From assembly GCF_001194135.2 (NCBI RefSeq), contig NC_068986.1, positions 90,743,444-90,807,443 of the forward strand: a stretch of 64,000 nt of DNA, given 5' to 3'. Of this stretch, positions 36,954 through 49,900 are shown piece after piece. The stretch's first letter is position 1; each line of letters begins with the position of its first letter. The notes beneath the pieces were generated by a model. That model searched no databases and was not told where the DNA came from. It worked only from the letters and a program-made list of their open reading frames with translations. Position numbers and translations under genes: made by a program. The DNA is from Octopus bimaculoides. Lineage: Eukaryota.

Positions 36954-39621
36954 NNNNNNNNNNNNNNNNNNNNNNNNNNNNNNNNNNNNNNNNNNNNNNN
37001 NNNNNNNNNNNNNNNNNNNNNNNNNNNNNNNNNNNNNNNNNNNNNNNNNNNNNNNNNNNNNNNNNNNNNNNNNNNNNNNNNNNNNNNNNNNNNNNNNNNN
37101 NNNNNNNNNNNNNNNNNNNNNNNNNNNNNNNNNNNNNNNNNNNNNNNNNNNNNNNNNNNNNNNNNNNNNNNNNNNNNNNNNNNNNNNNNNNNNNNNNNNN
37201 NNNNNNNNNNNNNNNNNNNNNNNNNNNNNNNNNNNNNNNNNNNNNNNNNNNNNNNNNNNNNNNATATACATATATATATATATAAGTCCTATGCCTTTAT
37301 ACATTCTGTTCAGGCTAAAGTTTAGTAAAAGATTGATAAAAATATCTCCTAAGTATTAAAGCTCTTAAATGATTAAAAAATCCAGATACTTGTTGAAACG
37401 GACCATAACAGTAAGAAAGTTCTAACTCAAAGGGACAGGTGGAGAAGCAGTGCTCTCAAAAATTATTTAAACACTGATAAGTATGTAGAGATAATACAGC
37501 TAACTGTTTGGTTTGTTTCATAAAAGACTTGTGGGCTGTGAAACAAAAGTTCTGAGATGCATTTCTGGAGAAGAAGGATTTAACCAAGAATTTAATACAG
37601 AGTTTCATGGGGCAGGGTTGTTATTTGAAAATGTTGTGAAACATAATTGGAGAGGTGAGTTTGTCCAGTAGAATTAAATGTGTGCAGGAAAAGGAAGTGT
37701 TACGTTCAGAAACCTTTACATAGAAGAAATTGAAGAAAAAGTGAAGACACAGCCCAGATAAATTGTGCAGTCTCATTTTTTTTTTGTCTTTTTGTTTTTA
37801 ATATCAATTCTATAAGTAAACAGTAAATGCTGAAAAACATTTGGAAATAAAGAGGTGGAGAAATTCTTAGCCTGAATTTATTAATGTAAAGAAATGCAAA
37901 CTGATGAAAGCATATACCTTGATAATTATTTGTGAATGAATTCAAAACACAATTTTGTATCACTAGTTGACAAACCCCATGGTAAAACCCTGAACAAGAA
38001 GAGCTATAATCAAAAGGGATTCCAGCCTTGATTCGACCATCTTTGTTTGAAGGTGGTTTGGCTATTTCTTGGAGATCAAACTGTGTATAGTCTCCATCAG
38101 TAGCTCAGGATAAGTATCTAAAGGAAGCAATTCCATCTACTAATCAAAAAAGTAAATATGATGATTTGCATATTTATACTTAATACATTCTGGCAGATTA
38201 GAAGAGTGAATATACTAATCACTTGTGTTTCATGACAAGAAAACAGCTTAAAGCAGTGAGTGGGTTTCCATAATTCATCAGTGCAAGGGACTCTGGAACA
38301 TTTTATATTTCAACATCATTGTGTCTTATCAGCCAAAGGCACTCAGACTAATGAATCTAACAAGAGTTCAAGGCTCTTGTTTATAACTTTAGTAGCAAAC
38401 AAATAGTTTGCTGAAGCATGTTGACATCTGCCAACCAGTACTAAATCATAATATGCATGGTGAACAGTGAGAATCAAAACGATGACTTACATATTCTTAA
38501 TACATTCCGGCAGATTTGAAAATGAATATGTTAATCAATATTGTGTTTCGTCACATGGCAGTGATGGGAAAAAAATGGCAGGAATGAAAAGAGTCCAAAC
38601 CTCAAGAAATAAAGTAATCAAAAGTAAAAAATATAAATTCTTTTAACAATACGGAAAATTTGTCTAAAGATAAGAAATAAATCCAAAGAGCCCAAATTGG
38701 GAGTAACTATCACTTTTAGCAGTATAGACAGATTGGAGAATGCATAATTATGATCCTGGAGGAAAAGATCTATTATGGTCTCTGATTATGGAATTCTCAG
38801 AAAATAAACCCATAGAGAAATGATATTAGAAGCAAAATATTTTTTCACCAAAATATTATTTTCTAAACAACTGAGAATATATTTTGTTGATTATTCAAGA
38901 AGTCTGATCCCTCTCACTTGCTAAGTCCTCTTATTCTAACATAAATAAAAAGGGCCAATTATTTCTTTTGAAGCATTAAGGCAAATGCTTAGAGGGAAAT
39001 TTACAGATGTTAATGTAGTACAATAACATCCAGTATTCAGTGACATGACAGAGCTAATACAATTTCTAGCTTTAGCTCAAAGCAAAAAACTTCATGGAAC
39101 AAGATTTACTTGATTTAGCTGCTCCTCTTGGAATAAGACAAGGTTTATAAGACAACACAAACAAAATTTGAAGCTCAGGATGTAAAGGGACAAAACTGAA
39201 TATCACAGTCAGCACTACAATTTCCTTAGTAATATTTTACCACTAAAGTCGGTTTAATAATATACATTCATCTATTCTTGGATGACTAGTTTAACCCTCT
39301 TAGATCATCTCTTATGGCACCTATTGTTGTCATTGCAAAAAAAAAAAAAAAAAATGCCAAAAGTACCGAGATAAAATTCTTTAGTCACTGTATTTATTAC
39401 ATACTTAGAGATCTTTGAACTACAGTGACTTACAGACTCAGTTACTTTCAGTTGGGATTATATGCATACAAAAATTAAATAGTTGTGTTTGGGTCCAAAA
39501 TATTCAACAATAATAATTCTCAAACTAATGTGAAGCAATACTCTAAGATTCAAACAATTTTAAACACAATCCAACATACGTGATGAGAGTTAGCTTCATT
39601 AGTTCAGTTTTTAACAATGAA

Positions 39622-39624
<3 letters not shown>

Positions 39625-39678
<54 letters not shown>
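39625..39678. repeat. (TA)n microsatellite; other simple repeats at 2079-2121 poly(T), 22066-22090 and 22512-22560 (GT)n, 41467-41501 (TA)n
   Basis: Directly visible. Confidence 0.95.
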
Positions 39679-39680
<2 letters not shown>

Positions 39681-41465
39681 CTCAAAAAATAGTCATGGTC
39701 TAGAGTATTCTAGGTGCTATGTTAACTGAAGTACCTTTCTAATTAAAAAAAAAAAAATTAAAAAATTGAGTAATGATCAACATTGGTTTCAGAATAATTA
39801 TTTTCGCTGTATGTGAGCATAAGTACACACATGATGTAAACCTGACTGACCATATGATGGATCACATGACAAACTACATCTACACTTTCTTTTTCTTTTA
39901 GAGAACTAGGACATTGATTATATTTAACTGATCAATGTTTTTATACATGGTGCTCCAGCATGACTGTAATCCTTTGAGTGTAATCATTAAAAAATGTGTA
40001 TGAGGTCGCTCTTGAGTTCTACTGGTAACCTGCAACCCAGTACAACCAGTCGCAAGGTAGGCCATCAGGAAGTAACCTATCAATACCTCTAGGCCTGCTT
40101 GGAAAGTAGGGTTGTTTTTAGACACCCTATGGAATGAAAAACAAATCCAGTTGAAGGATGAAGAAGCTCAGGAAAATCAATGGCCATCCAATTACATGAT
40201 ACGTATGTATGTATATATGTATGCAAGAGGACTTAGTTTCTGGTTTGGCATCCTAGATATGCATTTAGCTTACTGGGATTGGTTGGAAACTGGCATGATC
40301 AACTAATCCAGGAGATGGAAAACTAATAGAAAAGCTTGAGAACTATGTTGATCATTATGGCAAACATTTGCACCAACATTCTCTGACGAGCATTTCCAAA
40401 AAGTGTGGTTGATCCTATACATTCCTTTGCAAATCAAGTGTGGATAGACTAATAGCCATTACACTGGCTGTTAAACCTTCATACAAAGTTGACAGGAGAA
40501 CTCACTATATAGGATTAAAGCTTATACCGTCATCTTAAATTTTGAAGCATCTTATTTCTTTATGATGCTTTAAAATATATTACTTACACTTAAAGACTTT
40601 GCAACTAAAATGTTGTTTAAACTAAACGTTATTTGTGAACAAACCAGGTTCTTCCCTAATATTAGAAAATGCATGCCAAACCACTCAAGTGTGTCGATAC
40701 TTCTTAGCCCACAGCAATGCGATGCAAAGTATCTACATCACTGGTTTGGTTGAATACACTTGGTCAGCAGATTGAGCACCCAAAGAACATGTTATTGGAT
40801 TAAAATTAGTATTTTAAAAATATATAACAATAGATAATGTAACAAACAATGGAACAGGAGAGAAAATTGTGTTAGCATAAATATAACACCTTAAATACTG
40901 TGGCAGCCAAATGAGTTTCTTTGGCAAGAGATTTGGAATGTTTTCCTTCAAATATTAATATTGTGAATAAAGAAAAAAAATTAAAGTTAAAAAATACATA
41001 GTTATTTGCTTGGCAGAGTTTGAAAGAAAATCTCCAAGCTGGAGAAGAAGTCAACTTAACTTTCTTTTGTGGAACTATTCTGTTGCTTTTCATTTTTAAG
41101 CAGGGTTTAAAAATTGATGCTGCAAAATGTGTGATTTTATATATATTATATATATAATTGTAAAGGCCAATTTGGGAAATATTCTGTTTTTGTTATTGAG
41201 TATTCTGAGGTAGAGAAGCTAATTCCAAGGCCAGACTTTCTCTCACAGTATATCAATCTCAACTCTCCAAGCATGCTCACACATTCAACCTTAGATTTTT
41301 GCACCCTATTCAATCACTCCTTTCATATCAAATTATACAACGGACCCAACATCAAAATCACACACACTTTACAATTAGCCATCGGCACCCTAACATTCTC
41401 AAACAACTTTCACTCAGAGCATTGATACCCCTACCCCCTGGCAACACTGAAAGGAGAAGAGAAGT

Positions 41466-41505
<40 letters not shown>

Positions 41506-41952
41506 ACTTTATATATATAAAACCCTCCCTCATTCTGCTATTTTTGGTGAAGATACATGCAGTAAGAAACCATAACACTTTTCAAGATGCCACTGTGGTT
41601 CCCCCAGAAGAAATAGTTTAGTTTGTTTGGTTATCTCTGTTGTAAAAAAAGTGGATGCATGAATATTTAAAAAAAAAAAGAAAAACGTGGTGTAGTGGTG
41701 GACCAAGTTATAGGTGAGATGTCTCAAAGTTTATGCATGTATATGTGTACAAATGCACTGTCTGACACAAAAATGTACATTGTGCATATAGGCTTTACAC
41801 ACCTCTCTAAATTTGTTCATCTTCACTTTTCATGCACACATTCATACCCAAAATATATAGGTATATATACATACACATTTATGGAATATATACATGCATA
41901 TCCCAGAAGTTATACGCACACACAGTATATATTCACACATTCAATGTCACAA

Positions 41953-42463
41953 TCACTTTTCACTCTCTTTAGTTTGTTCACACTTTTCAGATTCCTTCCC
42001 AACATCCTGTAACTGCCATGGAGTATCTGACTCAGCAGAATGTAAAGATTCAGATGCTTGTGGGTTTTTATTATCAACAAGCTCTTCTGCCAGTTCTTGT
42101 TCTTCCACTTGTGGCTCTGTTGGTTGCATTTCAGCTTCCAGGGTTTCAATTTCTGTCAAGGGCTGCATCTCCAGCTGGGTCTGTTTTAATGGAACCCTCT
42201 CGGAATCTTCCACAGAAAGTTCACATATCTCTGGTGAAGAGGGCAAGTTGTGGGGGTTAGCTGTCTTGGCAGCTGGCGAGAAGGATGGCACTTCTGGTGA
42301 GGGTAGAGGAGGCGAAGGCAGTGCAATTACCAATGGCTGAAAGTGGACTGAATTCATATTTGTAGGGTCTTGATGGTCCTGTGGTGAATTGGAAGACACC
42401 AACTGCAATGGCTCGAGACATATAGATGCAGATGCAGCAGCAGCTGCCTTTTCCTTGCGTTTT
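41953..42463 (-). CDS. Terminal coding exon: cytoplasmic tail KRKEKAAAAASASICLEPLQLVSSNSP...CEQTKESEK*
   Basis: cttttgttgcag| acceptor, phase 2, 511 nt open to TGA at 41955-41953; includes track ORF 41953..42408. Confidence 0.85.
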
Positions 42464-43950
42464 CTGCAACAAAAGACAATGAATGAGAGAAAAACTGATC
42501 TGCATCTTGATATTCAAATTCAAAGACAAAAAAAAAAGATAGAACAAACTTTAGAAATATAGCTAAAAATTGTAAATTAAGAAATCTTTCGGAGAATCTA
42601 CACAATCATTATAGATATCAAGCAAAAAAACATACTTTAATCAATCATCAATATTACAAAACAAAATCTCTTGATCTGATCTTTCTTGATCAACTCTTTA
42701 ACTTTGCCAAAACTGCATCCCTACTTCCCCTAAAACAGATTTCCTCTTCATGGCCAGAAAATAATTCAATCCTCATCAATTGGTGACCCTCTATGAAACT
42801 CGAACAAGATCCAAATTACAGTGCTCATATGTATAGAACAGTGTTTCTACTTTCAACTAAATACGTATCAGAGAACATGTAATAGAAAGCCAACCTATCA
42901 GTTACTAAAAACATCTTCATCAATGGGTAACAATCTCTGGTTAAAAAACATGTGTAATGATATCTATGTCTTCAACAATGGCTTCCATTCCTCTGAACTG
43001 TACTACCTCAGTCTAAGTCTACATGGTCCATGAAGCTCACATTTTTCTATTCATTCTTACAGATTTGGTAAAGTGCTCTGAACCCTTTACTTAATCCATC
43101 CTTTGCCTAACTTTGGCCATGCAGTATCCCTCCTTCCCCCACACTATTCCTACTGATATCAACTTTCAGCAATTCATGTTGCACCAAAGAAACCTCACCA
43201 ATCAAAGGTACTTCCTCTCCTGATGAAAAGAATTCATGAAAGCTAGATTTATTCAATATTTAGGTTGCAAACCCCAGAAAAATTAACATATTTTAAAACC
43301 TATTTATGGAGCAGGAATAACTCTGAAAAAAGCTCAAAAAACTGTTACAAGCAAACTCTATAAAGTTTGCATCAAGAGTGTGCATGTGATGCAAAAGACA
43401 AACTAAAATATATAAATAATGCATGATAGCAAGACATAAGCACTAAGTGTGGAGGTTGGAGAGAGGAATCGAGCAAGATTCATTGGATGTGTAAGGTTAA
43501 TTTGCAGACAAAAGGTGGAACCAAAGCAATCTGAGAAATTAGTTAAGCATTAAAAAGGTGTTGGCTATTCAATGTTAAACTGAGCAGGAGTGCAATGTAA
43601 TGTGTACCCATAGTAGACATTTAAAAAAAAAAAAAAACTGCTGGACCTCATAGCAGACTGAGAAGTATGACAATATGCAATACTTCACAAGTGTCTAACC
43701 AATACCAGTATGAAAAAAGGGTAATGTGATTCCCAGTTGTCTGAGTATGTCAATGTTTAGAAAGACAGCTAAAAATAGTTGATAACAATTAGTATGATGG
43801 CGTAGCAAGAAGCTTGCTTCCCAACCACATAGCTCCAGTTTCAGTCCCACTGCGTGGCACCTTGGGCAAGTGTCTTCTACTATAGCCTAGGGCTGACCAA
43901 AGCCCTGTGAGTGGATTTGGTAGACGGAAACTGAAAGAAGTCCATATTGG

Positions 43951-43982
<32 letters not shown>

Positions 43983-46900
43983 TTATGTTAGTCCCCCCCC
44001 CCNNNNNNNNNNTATATATATATATATATTTATGTTAGTCCCCCCCCCCCACCATCACTTGACAACTGATGTTAGTGTACTTACATCCCCATAAATTTAG
44101 TAGTTCAGCAAAAGAGACTGACAGAATAAGTACTAGGCTTACAAAGAATAAGTCCTAGGGTCAATTTGTCCAACTAAAGGCAGTACTATGGTATGACTGC
44201 AGTCAAATGACAAAGAAATAAAAGCATGTATCTTTGTGAGTTGAGTTCATTCTGATTTCAATACCAGGCTGAAGATATTTTGATTCACATATCAACAGCC
44301 AAAAGAAAAATGTTCCTCTTAACCTACTAGAAGATCAATTATTCAGAAACATACTTCATCCCACTCATTTGTTGCATCCAACCCTACTATCCCCATTCCT
44401 TCTTCCCCAGAATATCTGCTTTCTGAAATGTTCCTGCTCACACAGAACTTTAAAGGTATCGATCTAACCAGTCCAAGAGTGCCTGCAAGGACCACAAACT
44501 CTGGCCCTTCTAGACTCAATGAGTGAGTGAGCAACTAAGTATAGCCCTATGAGCTGGCAGAAACAAATGAAACCCACATATTTGCTCCCTGTATAAATAA
44601 GAATGCCACTGGTCTCAACTTTGGTATTCGTGTGTACAATTGTAAGGAGAAATCTCCACATCAGTTGGCATGAGTACCAGTAATACAGAACAGCTGATTC
44701 AATCAACAAGACTCAAGCCCCTAGCTAGCCTAATTACACCTTCCATCAGAAGTCTTTTAACAATAGCATAATGACTTTACATTGACCCAATATAACATTT
44801 ATTGCTAAGCGGACATAGAATCAAGTCACTCTAATCATGACTATACAAACATAATTAGTTACAGTCTGTCTAGAAGTATATTAACCAATGTGACTTATTC
44901 TAAAGCTGAGGATGTGATTTAAGGGTGATTAGGTTGCTATTTCTAGCAGGTCAAGTGACCACAGAGGCTCTCCCATGGGAACTGGTGTAATGGATTGCAT
45001 CAATCGCAGTACATACCTAGTACTTATTTTGCCAAGTTTGTAGGGACAACAGTCATAATCAATCCTAGCAGAAATAAAACAAAATACTTTTAAGATAATT
45101 TGTCTTATACTCTTCACTTTCTACCAAATCACAACCTTTACAATATTGCCATTCCTAAAGGTAGCGAATTAAACATACTTTGAGATGGGAGTAAATTACA
45201 TGTTAAAGGATACAGATATGGCTGCATGATTAAGAAGTCCTCTTTACAACCCATTGGTTCCAGGTTCAAATCATCCCACAAAACCTTAAACAAATGTCTT
45301 CGGTAAGGTGCATTCCAGAAGTTTTGAGACTTTTAGAATAGGTAGTTCTGTCCTAGATAATTGTAATTTCAGTTTAGCATTACTATACATCAAATAAGCT
45401 GACCTGCCAACTTATTCTACATTGAAGAAGATGGCTAACAGCACTTTGAACACACCCTACTAAACACTGCACATTAGTCTGCAGAATGCAGTCAGTGGAT
45501 GAAGACAACTTGGAAGCTCACTCAATATGCAATAAAATCTTGTATTAAACTAGGCAAAATGCTACAGAAATTTATGAAATGCTCCAGACTGCTTATGGAT
45601 TCACTTGCAGGAGCCAAGCATTTTTTTCTTTTTTTTGCTAGCATAAAAGGTTGCAGGAGAGTAGAGAAGAGGTAAGAAACAATGAGATGTGACAGGGAGG
45701 TCAAAACATCAGAGCTGGTTGAAAAAAATTTGCTATTTTCTGGAAGAAGACCACCAAGTGTCTATAAAGACTAAGCCTGCAGTTTGGAGTTGAGGTGGCA
45801 ACTGTACACAGAATTATCCATGAAGATCTGAGCATGCACAAAATTTATGCAAAGTTTGTTCCCAGGGTACTCAATGACAATCAGAAGGAAAGATGTGTTG
45901 GTGACAGCAGGGTGATGGTGGAGTTCATTACCTCCTATCAAAGATTAGAGTTTCTGGTGACCTGTGACAAAAGCTGGATCTACTTTCATGATCCAGAGAC
46001 CAAGAGACAGAGTGCACTATAGAAGCAGCCTGGCTTCACCAGACCCAAGAATACTAATATTGATACCCTTTTTTAACATCAAGTGCATCTGCTAGACAGA
46101 ACCCAGTGCATATAGATAATGCCCAACAAAGTGTACTTTGAAGGTTTTGAGGGAGTTCAGGAAGAGATTCCCTTGCAAAAGGCCAGAGCTCCTCCATTCA
46201 GGTCAGTGGCCTCTGCACCAGGTCAATGCACTGCCCACAGTTACATCCTGGTGACCAACTACTTGACAGAGAGGGATATCAAAACTGTTCCTCACCCTCC
46301 CTACAGTCAAGACCTTGCTCTCTCTGACTTGATTGTTCCTCAAGCTGAAGGAGAGCCACGTGGGCAGTTGTTTTGAAGACTGAGAAAATGAAGAAGGCTG
46401 TAATAAGAATCCTGGGCTCCATCACCTTGAAGGGCTTCCATGAGAACTTCACAAAGAGGCTGGAGTACTAGAATAAGAGCATTAAAATCTGAGGATCCTA
46501 CTTTGAAGGAGATTAAAATTTTGTACTTTGAAATCAATATCTCTTTAAAAAGAGTCTGAAAATTTCTGGAATGCACCTTATGCCATAGTCTTAGGCTGAC
46601 CAATGCTTTGTAAGAGGAATTTAGTAAAAAGAAACTGTATAGAAGTCCATCATTACTTGTATCAGCATTCACTAGGGATTAAGATGAGCCAATTCCAGCC
46701 AGTGACTCCACAAACAGAAGCTCGTTATACCTGACAATCACAGATGTCTGACACTGCACACCACATTGCAAGAACCAGATATTGATTCAAAATCAATGTT
46801 TTCATCACACTTATACACATATGCCTGTGCAGTGATAATGATGTAGCTTTCAAATGACAACCACCCAACTGTAATTTTGCAAGAAGTATTCACAGATAAA

Positions 46901-49900
46901 AAGACATTGATAAGCAATTCTCATTTTCATGTAAACACAATGCATAATTTAACCTCTTAAACTAAACCAACCTTTTTAATTTATTATTAATAATTATCTT
47001 AATTATTATACTTCATTTATCTGCTTTATATAAATTTTCCTCATTTATTTGCTTTATGTAAATTTTCCACTGATAACACTGAAGGGAGGCAGAGTAAATG
47101 GGAGATAAAATGCGATTGAGATTTGTAAAAGAGTATAAAATGTTCCAGTGTGGGAAGATGTAAATTTAATCTTAGTATTTAAACTGGTCATATCAAGCCT
47201 AAATATTCTGTCTGGTGCTCAAATTACCAGCTCTGGCCTCTCACACTTGCTCTACAATGTCATTCAAAAATTAATCATTGAAATCTTGAAGCCATGAGAC
47301 AATACATAATTCAAAACATTGTAAAATAAGCATTACATTTGATAGGGAAAACAAAGTTAAAAAGCATTTACTGACAAACCACCGCAACCAGTACTAACTT
47401 TTACAACCAGATATCCAAGGTAGATCAAAAACTCAAAAAACAGATCAAACTTCAGTGATAAGCTTCCCAGATATGATGAAGCACAGACAAGATTCTAAAA
47501 TGTGTTGTATTGCATATTCTCTCAAACTTATTCTGGTTGTTCAAAGTTTGTTTGCTTTCTTGAAATAAGTTCACTTATCTGTACAGATGGAACATCTATT
47601 TTAACTAAGACTAGTATTTAGCAGAGAATTCTATAAATGTATACATATTTAAAATATTTTAAAGAAATTAATGACATTTTTTTTTTTTAATATTTCAAAG
47701 CTTTCAATAAATTTCTGAGGAAATATATATTGGTAATTACAATTTCACAAACTTAAAATATTACATATAAGGTTCAATTATTTCCAAGTCAGCCAAGATT
47801 AAAAAAACTCATGATCAAAAGATCACCCCACATGTTCAATCATCTTTTTTATAAATCTAGCTACATAGTCCAACATGTCCTATTTTGAAGGATAGAAGAG
47901 TGCAATTTGAGGAAAATTGGATAATGCTTTTCTGCCAGGTTAAACTTCCACATTGTTTTGACTCTTATTCTACATATCAACAAGCCTAACCTTCAATTGT
48001 TCCAGAATCCTATAAATGCATATTTCAACTAGTTTCAACTCAAAATTTTTATTGTGAATGCAGACTTAACTCCAAGCTGAGATCAGTGGCATAATTACTA
48101 AAACTACTGAAATGTTAAAAGACATGAAAAAAAAAAAAATCTTTTCTTCATCCAAAAAGCACAAATAAATAAAACTTACTTTTTCCAGACAGCTTTTACA
48201 ATGAAGAACAAGATGATCATGATGAAGAAACTTGCACTGCAAATGGCAGCTAAGGTTCCAATAGAGAGTTCATGAATTGATGGTAAAGGCTTAGAGCCCT
48301 GAGCTAGTTCTGCAGAACAAGAAAAGTCACAGATTTGAAAATACATACATACCATTTAGATAGTATTTTGAAAGTACTGAGAAATTTGTAAATAGGTCTT
48401 AATTTTTTAGAGCGACTCAAATTTGCTATTATTTATAGCTACGTTTGCATTTGAGTAACTTAATAAAAAAATCACACTAATGTGTGTGTGTGCATACACA
48501 CACACACACAAAATTTTTTTTTCAGTATAGCCTTGCTGAATAGTTAATTTGTATCATTTTACAATTGTGTCTTTCCAAGAAACTACCATTTAGCACAGTC
48601 TGCAAACATCTTCAAGCATAACCTTTAGGTGATCAATGCCTGCAAATATAATTTGGTAAATAGAAACAGTGCAGAAAACTATCAGACACAGATCTGCATA
48701 AATCCTTCACTAATATATACTAAGAAACAATGTAAACAGCAGTGAGTAAACCGACAAGCTGATATATATCTTAACATTTGAGGTTTCATTTTTTTTTTTT
48801 TTTCTGCTGAAGTGGCCGATGCTTCTTTGTTACTCTCTGGCTACTATAAAACAGTGAACCAGTGGTTGGCTTATTAGGAATATTCACATTGTTCACAAAA
48901 AATACAATATTACGAGAAAAAGCAAACTTACCAAAACAAGTTTCACTATCAGATTTAGCCCAGCCTGGACAACAGTCTAACACTGTGTGGTATATAGTTA
49001 TATTTTGGTCATATCGTTTCAAACAAGTTGTTGTCCTAGTGGAAAATATATAAAAAGGATGATGGACTTGTGGACAGGAATAAGCTTCTAATGATCATAT
49101 TTTTAACACAGACATGAAATGCACACATGGCCTGTCAAGTGTTTGTTTTATATACCTCATTTATAAAAGTAGGTCACTAACAAGCTTTGTCCAAACAAGA
49201 CAATGTAACAAGAACAATTTATTTTCACAGCAAAAAATTGATTAAAAAAGAAAAAGAGCATAAGTCAAATGCTATACTATTAACTAGATGCTTCATATGA
49301 CAGTGGGAAGATACAACTATCTATTCTTACAATAGAGATTGATTGGAAGATGCTATGAGAGATCTAGACTCAATATTGTGCATGCAGCAAGACTTAAATT
49401 GCAAACTAATATCTTATTCTAAACAGCATTAAACAGTTGAATAACATGGTTAAAAAGATTTTTTTTTTTAATGTGTATAATTTTCAGAAATCTGGAGAGA
49501 AATTAAAGATACTAACAAAACTCAAATACAAGGAAAAGTTCAAATAAAAAGCTCATTGTATAACATACTTGTAAAAAGTACACGAGTCCAAAGAAAAAAA
49601 TCCACAACGAGTGACATATTTTTGAATGCATTTCTTTCTCTCAACAACTTCCCTTGTTTTCTCTTCCTTGACGCTCTTTTGGCACCATCTTCCACTGCAA
49701 AGGGATTAAAAGAAAAGAACTTTTTAAAAAGATTGAGGAGAGGAATCAGTAAGTCATCCTAAATTCTTGGAAAGTAAATCCATCATCCCCACCAACTGTT
49801 CAAGATTTTCCAGGAAATATTTTCAAATCAGCTGATTACCAGTTAGACCAATATTCTGCAAGTACCCAGGGATATGTGAAGGAATGTGTCTAAGTGATTA

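Noticed and set aside
36861-37325. Long ORFs in the track spanning N runs (also 4986-5644)
   Set aside because: Length comes from N bases; only the piggyBac portion of 5056-5628 is meaningful.
37520-37655. Open stretch FHKRLVGCETKVLRCISGEEGF..HNWR ending at gtgagt
   Set aside because: In-frame stop just upstream and no acceptor giving an open exon.
41894-42605. Overlapping antisense and alternative-frame ORFs around the terminal exon
   Set aside because: Shadow frames of a real low-complexity exon; only the frame continuing from 48180 has splice support.
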